Shown one piece after another: positions 32,397 through 42,815 of a DNA stretch of 64,000 nt. The notes under the pieces were generated by a model, which made no database searches, was not told where the DNA came from, and worked only from the letters and a program-made list of their open reading frames with translations. Within the stretch, counting starts at the first letter, position 1. Every line of letters begins with the position of its first letter. The stretch comes from Nostoc sp. (GTDB lineage: Bacteria > Cyanobacteriota > Cyanobacteriia > Cyanobacteriales > Nostocaceae): contig JBALDB010000020.1 in the NCBI GenBank assembly GCA_036918135.1, positions 64,001-128,000 of the forward strand, in the 5' to 3' direction. The position numbers and the translations under genes are program-made.

Positions 32397-33230
32397 TTAT
32401 CTCACCTCTTGAAGAGATGGACTTTGGCGCTGACTTTCTGTAATGGCTGTTTTAAGTTCTTGACAAAGCTTTTCTAGTGCTTGCAATCCTTCAGTTGGGC
32501 TACCTTCGGCTAAGCGTTTGACAAAGGCACTACCAACAATCACCGCATCTGCACCCCATTCTTTTACTTGGTGTGCTTGTTCTGGTGCTGAGATGCCAAA
32601 ACCAACGCCAATGGGTTTATTGGTAACGCTTCGCAAATCTGTAATTAAATGCTTTACGCGGTTTTGGAGTTGAGAACGGATACCTGTAACTCCTGTGACG
32701 CTCACCAAGTAGATAAATCCTTGAGATTGACGAGCGATCGCTTCAATTCTATCTCTAGAACTGGTAGGAGCTACAAGTAAAATTACTTCAATTCCAAAAG
32801 AAGCAGCAGTCTGGATTAATTCTTCTGCCTCTTCTAAGGGTAAGTCTGGTACTACCAACCCTTGCACCCCAGCAGCAGCAATTTCTCCTAAAAATGCTTT
32901 AATACCCCGGTACAAAATAGGATTGTAGTAAGTAAATAGAATTATCGGTGCTTTCAGGCTAGGACTCACCGCTTGTAACATCTCTAACACTTGCTCTAAT
33001 TTCGTGCCTTTTTGCAAAGCACGAGTTGCTGCTGCTTGAATTACAGGCCCATCTGCTAGAGGATCGGAGTAGGGAACGCCCAACTCGATGAAGTCAGCAC
33101 CATTGCGATCTAAAATGCGTAAAGCCTCGGCAGTAGTTTCTAAGTTAGGATCGCCTGCGGTGATAAAAGGGATTAAAGCACACTGTTGGCGATCGCGTAA
33201 AGTTTGAAAGTCAGCGGAGATAGAAGTCAT
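32397..33230 (-). CDS. trpA: Tryptophan synthase alpha chain
   Basis: [45 protein letters not shown]. Confidence 0.97.
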   Translation of the reverse strand: MTSISADFQTLRDRQQCALIPFITAGDPNLETTAEALRILDRNGADFIELGVPYSDPLADGPVIQAAATRALQKGTKLEQVLEMLQAVSPSLKAPIILFTYYNPILYRGIKAFLGEIAAAGVQGLVVPDLPLEEAEELIQTAASFGIEVILLVAPTSSRDRIEAIARQSQGFIYLVSVTGVTGIRSQLQNRVKHLITDLRSVTNKPIGVGFGISAPEQAHQVKEWGADAVIVGSAFVKRLAEGSPTEGLQALEKLCQELKTAITESQRQSPSLQEVR

Positions 33231-33335
33231 CCGGAAAAATAGTTAATGATTGGTTAATAGTTCTGAAATAATCAACGATTAGCAATCAGCGATGTTCGCG
33301 CTAGATTTTTTGTTGTCGAGCTTTTAAATTCTGTG

Positions 33336-33587
33336 AATGAGTCTTTTAGCTCCATTAATGAGTCTTTGATACTCGTGAATGAGTCTTTTAGCTCCATTAA
33401 TGAGCCTTTGAACTCCATTAATGAGTCTTTTAGCTCCATTAATGAGGCTTTGAACTCCATTAATGAGGCTTTGAACTCCATTAATGAGGCTTTGAACTCC
33501 ATTAATGAGGCTTTGAACTCCATTAATGAGGCTTTGAACTCCGTTAATGAGTCTTTTAGCTCCGTTAATGAGTGTTTGAACTCCGTT
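33336..33587. repeat. 12 tandem 21-bp units (AATGAGGCTTTGAACTCCATT consensus)
   Basis: Units counted directly; stop-free on both strands (MEFKASL / NEALNSI heptads). Confidence 0.95.
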
Positions 33588-33671
33588 TTTTTAGGTTCGA
33601 GATTCGAGTCATAGGTAATGCTTTACAAAAAGGCAAAACTTAATAACGAGTGATAAACCATAAACGTTAAT

Positions 33672-34625
33672 TTATACAACCTGTACAACAATCTTGCCGC
33701 GTACATCCTCGCCGCCTTCCTCTAAGGTTTTATGTGCTTGGGCTAACTGATGAAACCCGAAAGTCTTTCCAATAACGGGTTTAATTTGACCCCGTTCAAT
33801 TAAGGTTCTTAAGGCATCAAGCTTGGGACGGGTTTGGTCTAAGTGTGTAAAGTGGACAGTGATATTTTTGAAAATAGCGAAGTTGAGGTCACCCGTCACG
33901 CCTGTTATAGTTACAGCGCGACCATCTGCTTTTGTAACCGCTAAACTTTTAGCTAAAATTTCACCACTAACGGTAGTAAAAATTACATCAACTCCTTGAC
34001 CATTGGTTTCCTGCATAATCATGTTGATAAAGTCTTGATTGCGGTAATCAATTGCTCTGTCTGCACCAATGGACTTGACAAAATCGCTATCATAAATACC
34101 ACAGGTTGTATAAACGTAAGCGCCTGCTGCTTTAGCTATTTGAATGGCGAACGTACCGACACCGCCTGCACCACCATGAATCAACACAGTTTCACCGACT
34201 GTGATATTTGCCCTGGTAATCAGTGCAGCCCATGCCGTACCCCCTGCCACAGGTACGCTAGCAGCTTCTAAATGCGATATATTTCTGGGCTTTTTAGCAA
34301 TAATTGATTCATTTGCGACATGATACTCCGCATTAGCACCGCCGCCTTCCTCATGGGGGATCGCATAATAAACTTCGTCACCTACCTGAAAATCTTTAAC
34401 ATTTTCGCCAACTGCTTCAACGACACCTGAAACGTCAAATCCAAGAATTGCAGGTAATTTAACTCTGGGGCCGAAACTTCCTTGGCGCATCCCGCAGTCG
34501 GCTGGGTTCACTGAAGTGGCATAAACCTTAACTAAAACTTCGTTGTTCCTTGGTGTCGGTTTATTCACTTCAGTTTCTACAAAGACTTCTGGACTTCCGA
34601 AGTTTGCGATCGCTATCGCTTTCAT
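33672..34625 (-). CDS. MDR superfamily, Zn-independent NAD(P)H:quinone oxidoreductase-like protein
   Basis: SVNPAD, ILGFDVSG, VLIHGGAGGVG, GKIVV; no catalytic or structural Zn Cys/His set. Confidence 0.88.
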   Translation of the reverse strand: MKAIAIANFGSPEVFVETEVNKPTPRNNEVLVKVYATSVNPADCGMRQGSFGPRVKLPAILGFDVSGVVEAVGENVKDFQVGDEVYYAIPHEEGGGANAEYHVANESIIAKKPRNISHLEAASVPVAGGTAWAALITRANITVGETVLIHGGAGGVGTFAIQIAKAAGAYVYTTCGIYDSDFVKSIGADRAIDYRNQDFINMIMQETNGQGVDVIFTTVSGEILAKSLAVTKADGRAVTITGVTGDLNFAIFKNITVHFTHLDQTRPKLDALRTLIERGQIKPVIGKTFGFHQLAQAHKTLEEGGEDVRGKIVVQVV

Positions 34626-34750
34626 ATAATAGCCTCAAAGCAACATCGGGAACAGATGACCAAGCCCCTTTGGGGCGGGTGTGGGGTGTGGGGTGTAGAG
34701 TGTGGGGAAAGACTCTGCCCCCTGCCCCCTGTTTATCAAATAATTACAAA

Positions 34751-35605
34751 TTAGCAACTTGTACTGAGCGTAGCCGAAGTATTATGAATTAGCAAAGTAC
34801 GTACAGCTTGCTCTACATCGCTTTGTTTAACTAAAGATTCTCCGATTAAAACTGCACGGGCACCAGCCTCAGCCACAAGAGATAAATCAGCAGGTGTATA
34901 CAATCCAGACTCGCTGACGACGGTGATATCCAAGCTTTGTAATTTTTGTTGACGCTCTGCTAAAAGTTGCTGTGTTGTTCCTAAATCAAGGGTAAAATCT
35001 TCGAGGTTGCGGTTGTTGATTCCCACTAAATGTAAGTCATCAAGCTCTAACACTCGATCTAGTTCAGCCAAGGTATGCACTTCCACGAGTGCATTCATGC
35101 CCAAATTATGAATTAGTTGTAAAAAGTCTTGGAGTTCTTGGTTTGATAAAATGGCGGCAATCAATAAGACTGCATCTGCACCTGCTGTCCGTGCTAAATA
35201 AATTTGATAGCGGTCAATGATAAACTCCTTGCACAGTAAGGGTAATGCTACTTGTAATCGCACAGCCCGCAGATTATCAAAACTGCCCTGAAAAAACTTT
35301 TGGTCAGTCAGGACTGATAAACAAGCTGCGCCACCTCGTTCATAAGCTTGAGCAATAGCTACTGGGTCAAAATCTGCGCGGATAATTCCCCGGCTTGGTG
35401 ATGCTTTTTTTACCTCGGCAATTAAGCTAGGTTGGCTAGAATTTTCCTGCAAAGCAGTCAAGAAATTTCGTACAGTCGGGGCTGTATTTAACTGTTGTCG
35501 CAAGGAGGTTAAAGGCAGTTCTTGCTGCATTTTTGCGACTTCTTTCTTTTTATGCAAGACAATTTCTTCAAGAATATGGCGGGGAGGGGCAACCTGTTTA
35601 ATCAT
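34751..35605 (-). CDS. trpC: Indole-3-glycerol phosphate synthase
   Basis: [40 protein letters not shown]. Confidence 0.96.
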   Translation of the reverse strand: MIKQVAPPRHILEEIVLHKKKEVAKMQQELPLTSLRQQLNTAPTVRNFLTALQENSSQPSLIAEVKKASPSRGIIRADFDPVAIAQAYERGGAACLSVLTDQKFFQGSFDNLRAVRLQVALPLLCKEFIIDRYQIYLARTAGADAVLLIAAILSNQELQDFLQLIHNLGMNALVEVHTLAELDRVLELDDLHLVGINNRNLEDFTLDLGTTQQLLAERQQKLQSLDITVVSESGLYTPADLSLVAEAGARAVLIGESLVKQSDVEQAVRTLLIHNTSATLSTSC

Positions 35606-35720
35606 AAGCTTGGGGGAGATGTGGTTCGACTTCTCTACGAGACGCTACGCGTAGCTTGCTTCCCCGTAGGGGTACGCTCACCAACCGGGAGATGGGGAAA
35701 CAATGACAAATGACTGATCG

Positions 35721-37949
35721 CTAATAACCAATACTTCGGCTTTGCTCAGTACGTATGACCAATGAGTCTTGAGTTTGCGTATATGCACTTACAACATTTT
35801 TAATGATTTCCAGCCCGACTTCTCCGGCTAAAGTCATGATTGATTCTGGATGAAACTGAACGGCGGCGATAGGAAGTGTCTGATGTTCAATGCCCATAAT
35901 TACGCCGTCATCAGAAATCGCCGTCACCTTCAATTCTTTTGGTAAATATTGCGGTAGAGCGAACAATGAGTGGTATCTACCTACGGTAAAGGATTCCGGT
36001 AAGTTTTGGAAGGTTACGGAATCTGAATCAGTGACGAAAATTCGTGAGGATTTACCATGTTGAGGATAGTTGAGAACTCCCAATTCTCCACCAAAAGCTT
36101 CTACGATGCCTTGCAGTCCTAAACAAACTCCGAAAATGGGAATTTGGCGATGAAGAATAGCGCCGACAGTCTCCGGAACCCGAAAATCACTTGGTCTACC
36201 AGGGCCGGGAGATAAAACAACTAAATCAGGTCGTTGGGTGTCGAAAAGTGAGTCAGAGAAGCCATGACGGAGTGTGGTAACGCTTGCACCAGTTTGGCGA
36301 ATGTAATTAGCTAAGGTATGAACAAATGAGTCTTCATAGTCTATTAACAAGATACGTTTGTCAGATTTTACACTTGGGATACGTTTACTTAATTTTATAG
36401 ACTTAGACTCATCAATTTTCTCACTTGCTTGCTTAACACGACGAATTGTCTCAAATAAAGCAGCAGCTTTAGTAATTGTTTCTTGTTCTTCTGCTTGTGG
36501 TATGGAGTCATAAAGGACAGTAGCACCAACTCGCACTTCGGCGATGCAGTCTTTTAATCGGATTGTCCGCAGAATTAATCCAGTATTTAAATTGCCATTG
36601 AAATTTAAATAGCCAACTGCTCCACCATACCAACGTCGAGCGCTTTTTTCATGCTGTTCGATAAATTCGATTGCGGCTCTTTTGGGTGCGCCGGTGACTG
36701 TAACTGCCCAAGTATGGCTCAAGAAGGCATCTAAGGCATCAAATTGCGATCGCAGTGTACCTTCAACATGATCTACTGTATGAATTAAGTGGCTGTATAA
36801 TTCAATTTGGCGACGCCCAATCACTCGTACCGAACCAGGTTCGCAAATCCGAGATTTGTCATTGCGATCGACATCAGTACACATCGTCAACTCTGCTTCA
36901 TCTTTGTGGGAGTTGAGTAATAGACGAATTTGCACCGCATCGTCAAGAGCATCTTGTCCCCGGCTAATAGTACCACTAATTGGACAAGTTTCTACCCGTC
37001 TCCCTTCAACCCGCACAAACATTTCTGGAGATGCACCAATCAAATATTCTCCACCTAAATTAAAAATAAATCCATAAGGACTGGGATTTATTTCCTTTAA
37101 GGTTTCAAATAATTTGCTTGGTTGCTCTTCATAGGCTTCAAAAAAGTTTTGACTGGGAACAACTTCAAATAAATCGCCTCGGCGGAAGTAATCAAGTGCA
37201 ACCTCAACTTTTTTGGCATACTCGCCTACTTTATGGTCGGCATTTTGATTTGGCAGAAGATGTTTTCCTCGATAATCTACAGACTCACCTGTTCGAGGCA
37301 GATTTTTAGTGCTACCATGCACTGTTTCAAATTCATATTGTAGACGAAATCCACGTTGCTGATAGTAGTCAACAACTATTAGTTCATCAGGTAGATAAAG
37401 CACTAAATCTCGCTGGTCTTTAGGACGTTCTAAGCGATGAGGAATTGGCTCAAACTGAAAAACTAAATCATAACCAAACGCACCATACAATCCTAAATGC
37501 TCGTCTTCTTGACTAGAGAAAGCATGTAGGATTTCGCGGATAACTGTAAACGCTGAAGGTTGTTTACTCCGGTCTTCTTCAGCAAATAATTTTTTTGCTG
37601 GTTTAACAAAGCCTACAAGATAGTTATTAACTTGGGTAATTTTATGAAGTTGTGTGGAGTTGGATAAGCACTCTAATAGTATTGGTAAAAGTACCTGACC
37701 GCGTTCATTTAAGGCTATCAGAGTGAAAGTATTATCCTGTGTAGTCAATTCTAATGGAGGATTAACAAATCCGATCGCCCATCTCTTGTATCTCCCTGGA
37801 TATTCGTAGCTACTCTTGAGCAAGCCGCCTCGCTGAGAATTTAGATAGAAAAGAATTTCTTCGAGAGCAGTGTCCATCTTCACTTCTGTGATGGTGCGAG
37901 AAACACTTACATCGCCAAGAGTTGTGTATGAACGGGAATCAAAAATCAT
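35721..37949 (-). CDS. trpE: Anthranilate synthase, fused TrpE-TrpG
   Basis: NPSPY, GASPEMF, PISGT, DVDRND, TVTGAPK; C-terminal GATase DYEDSFVHTL, SPGPG, GVCLG, QFHPES. Confidence 0.95.
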   Translation of the reverse strand: MIFDSRSYTTLGDVSVSRTITEVKMDTALEEILFYLNSQRGGLLKSSYEYPGRYKRWAIGFVNPPLELTTQDNTFTLIALNERGQVLLPILLECLSNSTQLHKITQVNNYLVGFVKPAKKLFAEEDRSKQPSAFTVIREILHAFSSQEDEHLGLYGAFGYDLVFQFEPIPHRLERPKDQRDLVLYLPDELIVVDYYQQRGFRLQYEFETVHGSTKNLPRTGESVDYRGKHLLPNQNADHKVGEYAKKVEVALDYFRRGDLFEVVPSQNFFEAYEEQPSKLFETLKEINPSPYGFIFNLGGEYLIGASPEMFVRVEGRRVETCPISGTISRGQDALDDAVQIRLLLNSHKDEAELTMCTDVDRNDKSRICEPGSVRVIGRRQIELYSHLIHTVDHVEGTLRSQFDALDAFLSHTWAVTVTGAPKRAAIEFIEQHEKSARRWYGGAVGYLNFNGNLNTGLILRTIRLKDCIAEVRVGATVLYDSIPQAEEQETITKAAALFETIRRVKQASEKIDESKSIKLSKRIPSVKSDKRILLIDYEDSFVHTLANYIRQTGASVTTLRHGFSDSLFDTQRPDLVVLSPGPGRPSDFRVPETVGAILHRQIPIFGVCLGLQGIVEAFGGELGVLNYPQHGKSSRIFVTDSDSVTFQNLPESFTVGRYHSLFALPQYLPKELKVTAISDDGVIMGIEHQTLPIAAVQFHPESIMTLAGEVGLEIIKNVVSAYTQTQDSLVIRTEQSRSIGY

Positions 37950-38132
37950 AGCTAATTTCTCTTAGAGATAGTTATTAGTCTGTCATCAGTCGAAAGCTAT
38001 TAATCCTTATTAGTAACTATCTGCGGAACAAGGACAATTTTAGATAAGTCGATGTCTATCTAATTAAACCTGTATAAATCCGCATATTTAGGAATTAAAA
38101 GATGTAATTAAAAAGTTTTTGTTTCTGATTTA

Positions 38133-38198
38133 AGAGTACTAGATTTGCAGCAGAAAATACATTGAATAATTTTTCGATGAGGTGTCAATTTATTAGCT
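38133..38198 (-). promoter_or_regulatory. Putative internal trpE promoter: scy-box copy plus -10 TACTCT
   Basis: 38160-38198 matches the scyA-upstream repeat at 31/40 with one gap; -10-like hexamer at 38138-38133. Confidence 0.6.
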
Positions 38199-38287
38199 TT
38201 TTATCCCGCTCTTTAGTACTTTTACTGAAAACACTACTTGAAATTATCCGCCTCCCTCAAAGGGAAGAATAAAATGAAGCAGCAGCC

Positions 38288-39511
38288 CTACTGTAGTTGT
38301 TCCCAAGAGGTATTGTAAAACTCACACAACAACGATATTGCTTGCCCGTACAAAGACAAATCTACTTTGTGAACTTCTATTGTTTTTCCAATGCCTTGTA
38401 ACAGTGTTAAAGTCAATTCTCCACCCAAATGTTCGCGGAACTCGGTTAAACCTCGAAATAGACAATCAGGATGTTCCGGTTGTGATAACTTCTGAGCTAG
38501 TTCTGGCACATACAACGTGAAACCTAAAGCCGATAAAGTATTCAGTATCCGTTGCCAATCTGAGCAATCTAGCAGTCCTAATAGATAGGAATAGGTGCTA
38601 TCCAAAGCAATACCGATCGCCACAGCTTCGCCATGACGCAAGCGATAATTTGTCAAATGCTCCAGTTTATGAGCCGCCCAATGTCCAAAATCCAGGGGAC
38701 GAGACGAACCCATTTCAAAAGGATCGCCGCTATTAGCTATGTGTTCTAGGTGTAACTGGGCGCAACAATAAACGAGGCGTTGCATAGTCTCCATGTCTCG
38801 CTGCCCAAGGGCTGTAGTGTGAGAGTGGATAAAATCAAAAAATTTAGCATCCTTAATTAGCGCCACTTTGATTGCTTCTGCGATTCCAGAACGCCAATCG
38901 CGATCGTCTAGGGTTGTCAAAAAGGCAGAATCATTTATAACTGCATAAGGTGGCGCAAACGTACCTAGAAAGTTCTTTTTCCCAAAGGCATTGATGCCGT
39001 TTTTGACTCCAACCCCGGAATCATTTTGAGCTAACACAGTTGTCGGAATCCGAATCAGGCGAATTCCTCGGTGAGCAGTTGCAGCAGCATATCCTACTAA
39101 ATCCAACACAGCCCCACCGCCGATCGCTAACACGTAGGAATGGCGACATAGTCCGGCTGCTTCAATTAGTTGGTGGATTTCCTCTAATAAAGCGGGATCG
39201 TTTTTAGCAGCTTCTCCTCCAGAAATTATCATTGGTTGAGCGGCGATCGCTAGTATCTCTGCATAAAACTGGGTATAGGCTACTAATTGCTTAACTAATT
39301 CAGGTTGAAACTGCAATATTCCTGCGTCTATTACTGCGACTACTTTCTTTGGCTTTGTCTCTCCATCCGCTGTAATCGCTTGGGCTAAGGTGGGATTTTT
39401 TAATTCAAATAAATTTTGGGTGAAGTAAACTCCGTAGTTAAAAGTAACCGAAACATGTTGATGAATTGGTTGTAGATTGAATCTACTTTTTTGTTTGATG
39501 TCAACTACCAT
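38288..39511 (-). CDS. aroB: Sugar-phosphate cyclase / 3-dehydroquinate synthase family (aroB of scy clusters; EboD-like)
   Basis: GGEAAKN, IGGGAVLD, PTTVLAQNDSGVGVKN, PLDFGHWAAHKLE, RHGEAVAIG. Confidence 0.85.
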   Translation of the reverse strand: MVVDIKQKSRFNLQPIHQHVSVTFNYGVYFTQNLFELKNPTLAQAITADGETKPKKVVAVIDAGILQFQPELVKQLVAYTQFYAEILAIAAQPMIISGGEAAKNDPALLEEIHQLIEAAGLCRHSYVLAIGGGAVLDLVGYAAATAHRGIRLIRIPTTVLAQNDSGVGVKNGINAFGKKNFLGTFAPPYAVINDSAFLTTLDDRDWRSGIAEAIKVALIKDAKFFDFIHSHTTALGQRDMETMQRLVYCCAQLHLEHIANSGDPFEMGSSRPLDFGHWAAHKLEHLTNYRLRHGEAVAIGIALDSTYSYLLGLLDCSDWQRILNTLSALGFTLYVPELAQKLSQPEHPDCLFRGLTEFREHLGGELTLTLLQGIGKTIEVHKVDLSLYGQAISLLCEFYNTSWEQLQ

Positions 39512-40152
39512 ATTTTTGCTGATATCTCTAAAAGTGCGGCACGATTCAAAGCTTCAAGAAACATTTCTACCGAATGAGAACCATTTATTTTGACTTTATT
39601 ATTGATAATGAAGAATGGCACGCTGTTGATGCCATTCGGGCAAGCAAATATCGATTCAACCACAAAAGCTTTAATTGCAGCATCATCGCTCAATTGCAGC
39701 CGTAATTCCCAAGAATCCATTTGATAAGCTCTACCTATGGCAATCAGAACGTCAATATCTCCGATGTTCAAACCGTCTTCAAAGTAAGCTTTATAAATAG
39801 CTTCTACGACATGATTTTTCACTTTTGGTGGTGCAAGTGAAATCAATCGATGCGAAAGCTTAGTATTGACAGCCAAACGAATTTTGTCAAAATCTAGCTT
39901 GACTCCAGCCGCCTTACCTGCATATTGTGTAGAATCAAACAGATGTTGCAGTTCTTTTGCTTTGATGCCTTTTCTATTTTGCATAAAACTGCGAAATTCG
40001 TACCCGTCAGCAGGAACCGTATTGTCGAGAATAAAAGGATGCCACCGGATATCTACTTCTTGTTTTTGCCATTGTGCTAGTGCATCAAACAAATGCTTTG
40101 TCCCGATTCTGCACCAGGGACAAACGGTATCGTGAAAGATGTCTATCAGCAT
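39505..40152 (-). CDS. DsbA/FrnE family thiol oxidoreductase
   Basis: DTVCPWCRIG, SVPFFIIN; no signal peptide; stop overlaps aroB start. Confidence 0.9.
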   Translation of the reverse strand: MLIDIFHDTVCPWCRIGTKHLFDALAQWQKQEVDIRWHPFILDNTVPADGYEFRSFMQNRKGIKAKELQHLFDSTQYAGKAAGVKLDFDKIRLAVNTKLSHRLISLAPPKVKNHVVEAIYKAYFEDGLNIGDIDVLIAIGRAYQMDSWELRLQLSDDAAIKAFVVESIFACPNGINSVPFFIINNKVKINGSHSVEMFLEALNRAALLEISAKIW

Positions 40153-40164
40153 AGTTTTTGTGCT

Positions 40165-41247
40165 TCAAATGCTAATATTTGTCTGTATTTGTGGTTGAAA
40201 ATCTCGTGGAACTGGTTGAGAATTTTTATTTAAAGGTTGGAGAAAAGTTTTTATTTTTTCAGCAAAAAAGCTTTGAGTATTTTCAAATTCTTGAATTAAT
40301 GCATCTTTATCTTTACTGACTACCAATCTTGCTAAACGGCTATAAGTATTAGCTAAAAAGCTAATTGCATTACACCTCTCCTCTGAAGCTAGCATAATAT
40401 CCACACATAAATGAGGGTTTTGAGAAAACAAACGTTTAACAATTTCAATTTCTTGACGATAGTTAGGGGTTGACATTGTTAAACTTTGTTCTATATCAAT
40501 TCTTGTATGTGCCAAGAAAACACCAAGACTAAATCTACAGAAGTGCTGCGTTGCTTGAACAATCACCATCATTTGATCGTGTTCTTCAGGTGTGCAAACA
40601 ATTAACTCTCCACCTTGACTTTTAATCAAGTCTAAAAACCATTGAAATGAATCATCGTTACGTCCTGGACAGATTATCACTTTTTGTCCGCAGAAGGATT
40701 TGATATTTGGCCCAAACATCGGATGTAAGCCCATAACTGGGCCTGAATGATATTCGAGCATTGCTTGAGTTGGCTGTGTTTTAATGCTGGTGATGTCACA
40801 CAATGCTGTAGTTGGGGCAAGGTATTTAACTGCACGCTTAATAACATCAACCGTATGTTCAATGGGAACACTTACTAACACTAACTCTGCCTGACTCAAC
40901 AGTTGCTGTGCATACTCCCAATCTTCGTGTTCGAGAACGCTAACATTGTGACCTACTAACGAAAGTTGTTCTTTGAATAATCTTCCCATCCTGCCACGTC
41001 CACCGATGATTGTAATTTGTCGAGGTATGACAGGATTTACTGATACAGATTTAGGGGTAATGGCGTGACAACTGTTGAGTATACTTAGCCAAACAGACTC
41101 AGGAATACCAGCTTGGGCCAGTAGGGGAGCCACATCAGCCAGTTGTTTATCTAAAGAAGGAAATTCTGATGCTGCTAATAATGATAGGCGATCGCTAAGT
41201 AGAGCGATCAAGCTTTGGTCAGTTTTTTTAAGCTTCTCTAAGCTCAT
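40165..41247 (-). CDS. tyrA: Prephenate dehydrogenase with degenerate chorismate-mutase-like N-terminus
   Basis: IIGGRGRMG, DITSIK, HPMFGP, HDQMMVIVQATQHF. Confidence 0.9.
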   Translation of the reverse strand: MSLEKLKKTDQSLIALLSDRLSLLAASEFPSLDKQLADVAPLLAQAGIPESVWLSILNSCHAITPKSVSVNPVIPRQITIIGGRGRMGRLFKEQLSLVGHNVSVLEHEDWEYAQQLLSQAELVLVSVPIEHTVDVIKRAVKYLAPTTALCDITSIKTQPTQAMLEYHSGPVMGLHPMFGPNIKSFCGQKVIICPGRNDDSFQWFLDLIKSQGGELIVCTPEEHDQMMVIVQATQHFCRFSLGVFLAHTRIDIEQSLTMSTPNYRQEIEIVKRLFSQNPHLCVDIMLASEERCNAISFLANTYSRLARLVVSKDKDALIQEFENTQSFFAEKIKTFLQPLNKNSQPVPRDFQPQIQTNISI

Positions 41248-41525
41248 AAGTCAGTCATCTTGTAAAGGTCGCTTTGCTCTAGAATTGCGTATTGGGCATT
41301 ATATACAGCAGTTTTCGTTTCTATGAAGTACACAATTACAGGTTTTCAGGCAGTCCTGATGAAAAAAGTTTCTTCCTCTATACCCCACACCCTTTTTCAA
41401 GTCAGAAGGTAGAAAGCAGAAACATTGTATATATGATGCGTGAGTCCTGCATTTCATACTTCACTTGAAAAGTAAACTGCTATAAATCTACATACTCCCA
41501 GTTCCTAGTCCCCAGCCCATAATTT

Positions 41526-42815
41526 TCAAATATCAACAAGTGATTCTTGAGAACTCAATTCAGGTAAAATATCCAAAGTTGATGTTTTATTGGCGATCGC
41601 ATCAGAGAATAGTTCTTCATACCGATCCATCGCTTGCTCAAAGCAATAGTTTTCTACTGCAAACTTTCTTCCTTTTTGTCCTAATTGCGCTGCCAGTTTT
41701 GGATGATTATATAAATCCAGTACCGCAGTTGCCAAAGCATCTGCTGACTCTGGCTCAACAATCATGCCACCGCCACTTTTTCGGATAGCTTTGGCAGCAG
41801 TACCAGTGGCGGGAACTGAACCTACAATCGGGCGACCACTAGCTAACAGCAATGGTATTTTAGAAGGCATATTAAAGGAAATTACATTATGCTTTTGCAC
41901 AATCAACCCCACATCTGCACCTGCTAACATTTGTGGTAGTTTTTCTCGTTCTTCTAATGGCAGCAGTAATACGTTATCTGCCCCACAAGCAAGACAATGT
42001 TTTTGCAACGTTTTCAGGGCTTCGGATTCTCCAGCTATGACAAAGGCAATTTCTTTGATATGACGCAAGCAAGCTGCTGCTTCGACTACTGTCTCTAAAC
42101 CTTGCGTTAAAGCAATGTTACCTGAATAAAGTACAACAAATTTATCATCAAGTTGATGAGTAGCTCTCCAAGAGTTATTTTCCTTTGGAAAAGGGCGGAT
42201 AAAATTTAAATTTACCCAATTTGGAATGCAGGCAATTTTATTAGCAGGTACATTTTTATTTATTAAATTATCTACAAAGCCATCAGCAATCACGCTAATA
42301 GTATGTGCAGTTCGGTAGACAAATTTTTCTATGGTTTCCAGAGTTCGGATCATCAACTTGTTTTTTATTAACCCAACACGCACAGCAGCTTCTGGAAGGA
42401 TATCTTGTACATTCAACACTACAGGGCAGTTGTATAACCAACCAAGTAAGATTGCAGGTAAGGAAATCAATAGCGGCGGCACTGTTAAGAGAATGACATC
42501 AGGCCGTTTGCCTTTAAGGGCTTGTGGGAAACTTGTAAACACAAAACTCAACTCTAGCAGTAAGCGGTCTACGAGATTAGGTTTGGACTTAATTCGCAGA
42601 TAACAACGCTCGATAATAACACCATTTTTTTCTTCAGTAACGTATAACTTACCTCGATACTCATCATAAATCTGACGCTGAGGATAGTTAGGCATACCCG
42701 TAATCACCCGCACTTGGTGACCTCGTTTGACTAACCCTTCTGCTAGTTCAGTCATCAAAGGTGCAATACCAATTGGCTCTGGAGAATAGTTGTATGAATA
42801 AATCAGAATGTGCAT
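41526..42815 (-). CDS. GT4 (WcaI-like) glycosyltransferase of the scy cluster
   Basis: NYSPEPIGIA, TGMPNYP, QDILPE, LYSGNI..QGLE, MPSK. Confidence 0.9.
   Translation of the reverse strand: MHILIYSYNYSPEPIGIAPLMTELAEGLVKRGHQVRVITGMPNYPQRQIYDEYRGKLYVTEEKNGVIIERCYLRIKSKPNLVDRLLLELSFVFTSFPQALKGKRPDVILLTVPPLLISLPAILLGWLYNCPVVLNVQDILPEAAVRVGLIKNKLMIRTLETIEKFVYRTAHTISVIADGFVDNLINKNVPANKIACIPNWVNLNFIRPFPKENNSWRATHQLDDKFVVLYSGNIALTQGLETVVEAAACLRHIKEIAFVIAGESEALKTLQKHCLACGADNVLLLPLEEREKLPQMLAGADVGLIVQKHNVISFNMPSKIPLLLASGRPIVGSVPATGTAAKAIRKSGGGMIVEPESADALATAVLDLYNHPKLAAQLGQKGRKFAVENYCFEQAMDRYEELFSDAIANKTSTLDILPELSSQESLVDI

Noticed and set aside
33336..33587. Possible CRISPR array
   Set aside because: Units are contiguous with no unique spacers, and no cas genes are present
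33333..33614. Plus-strand ORF of NEALNSI repeats
   Set aside because: Antisense to the cluster; openness is explained by the stop-free repeat unit
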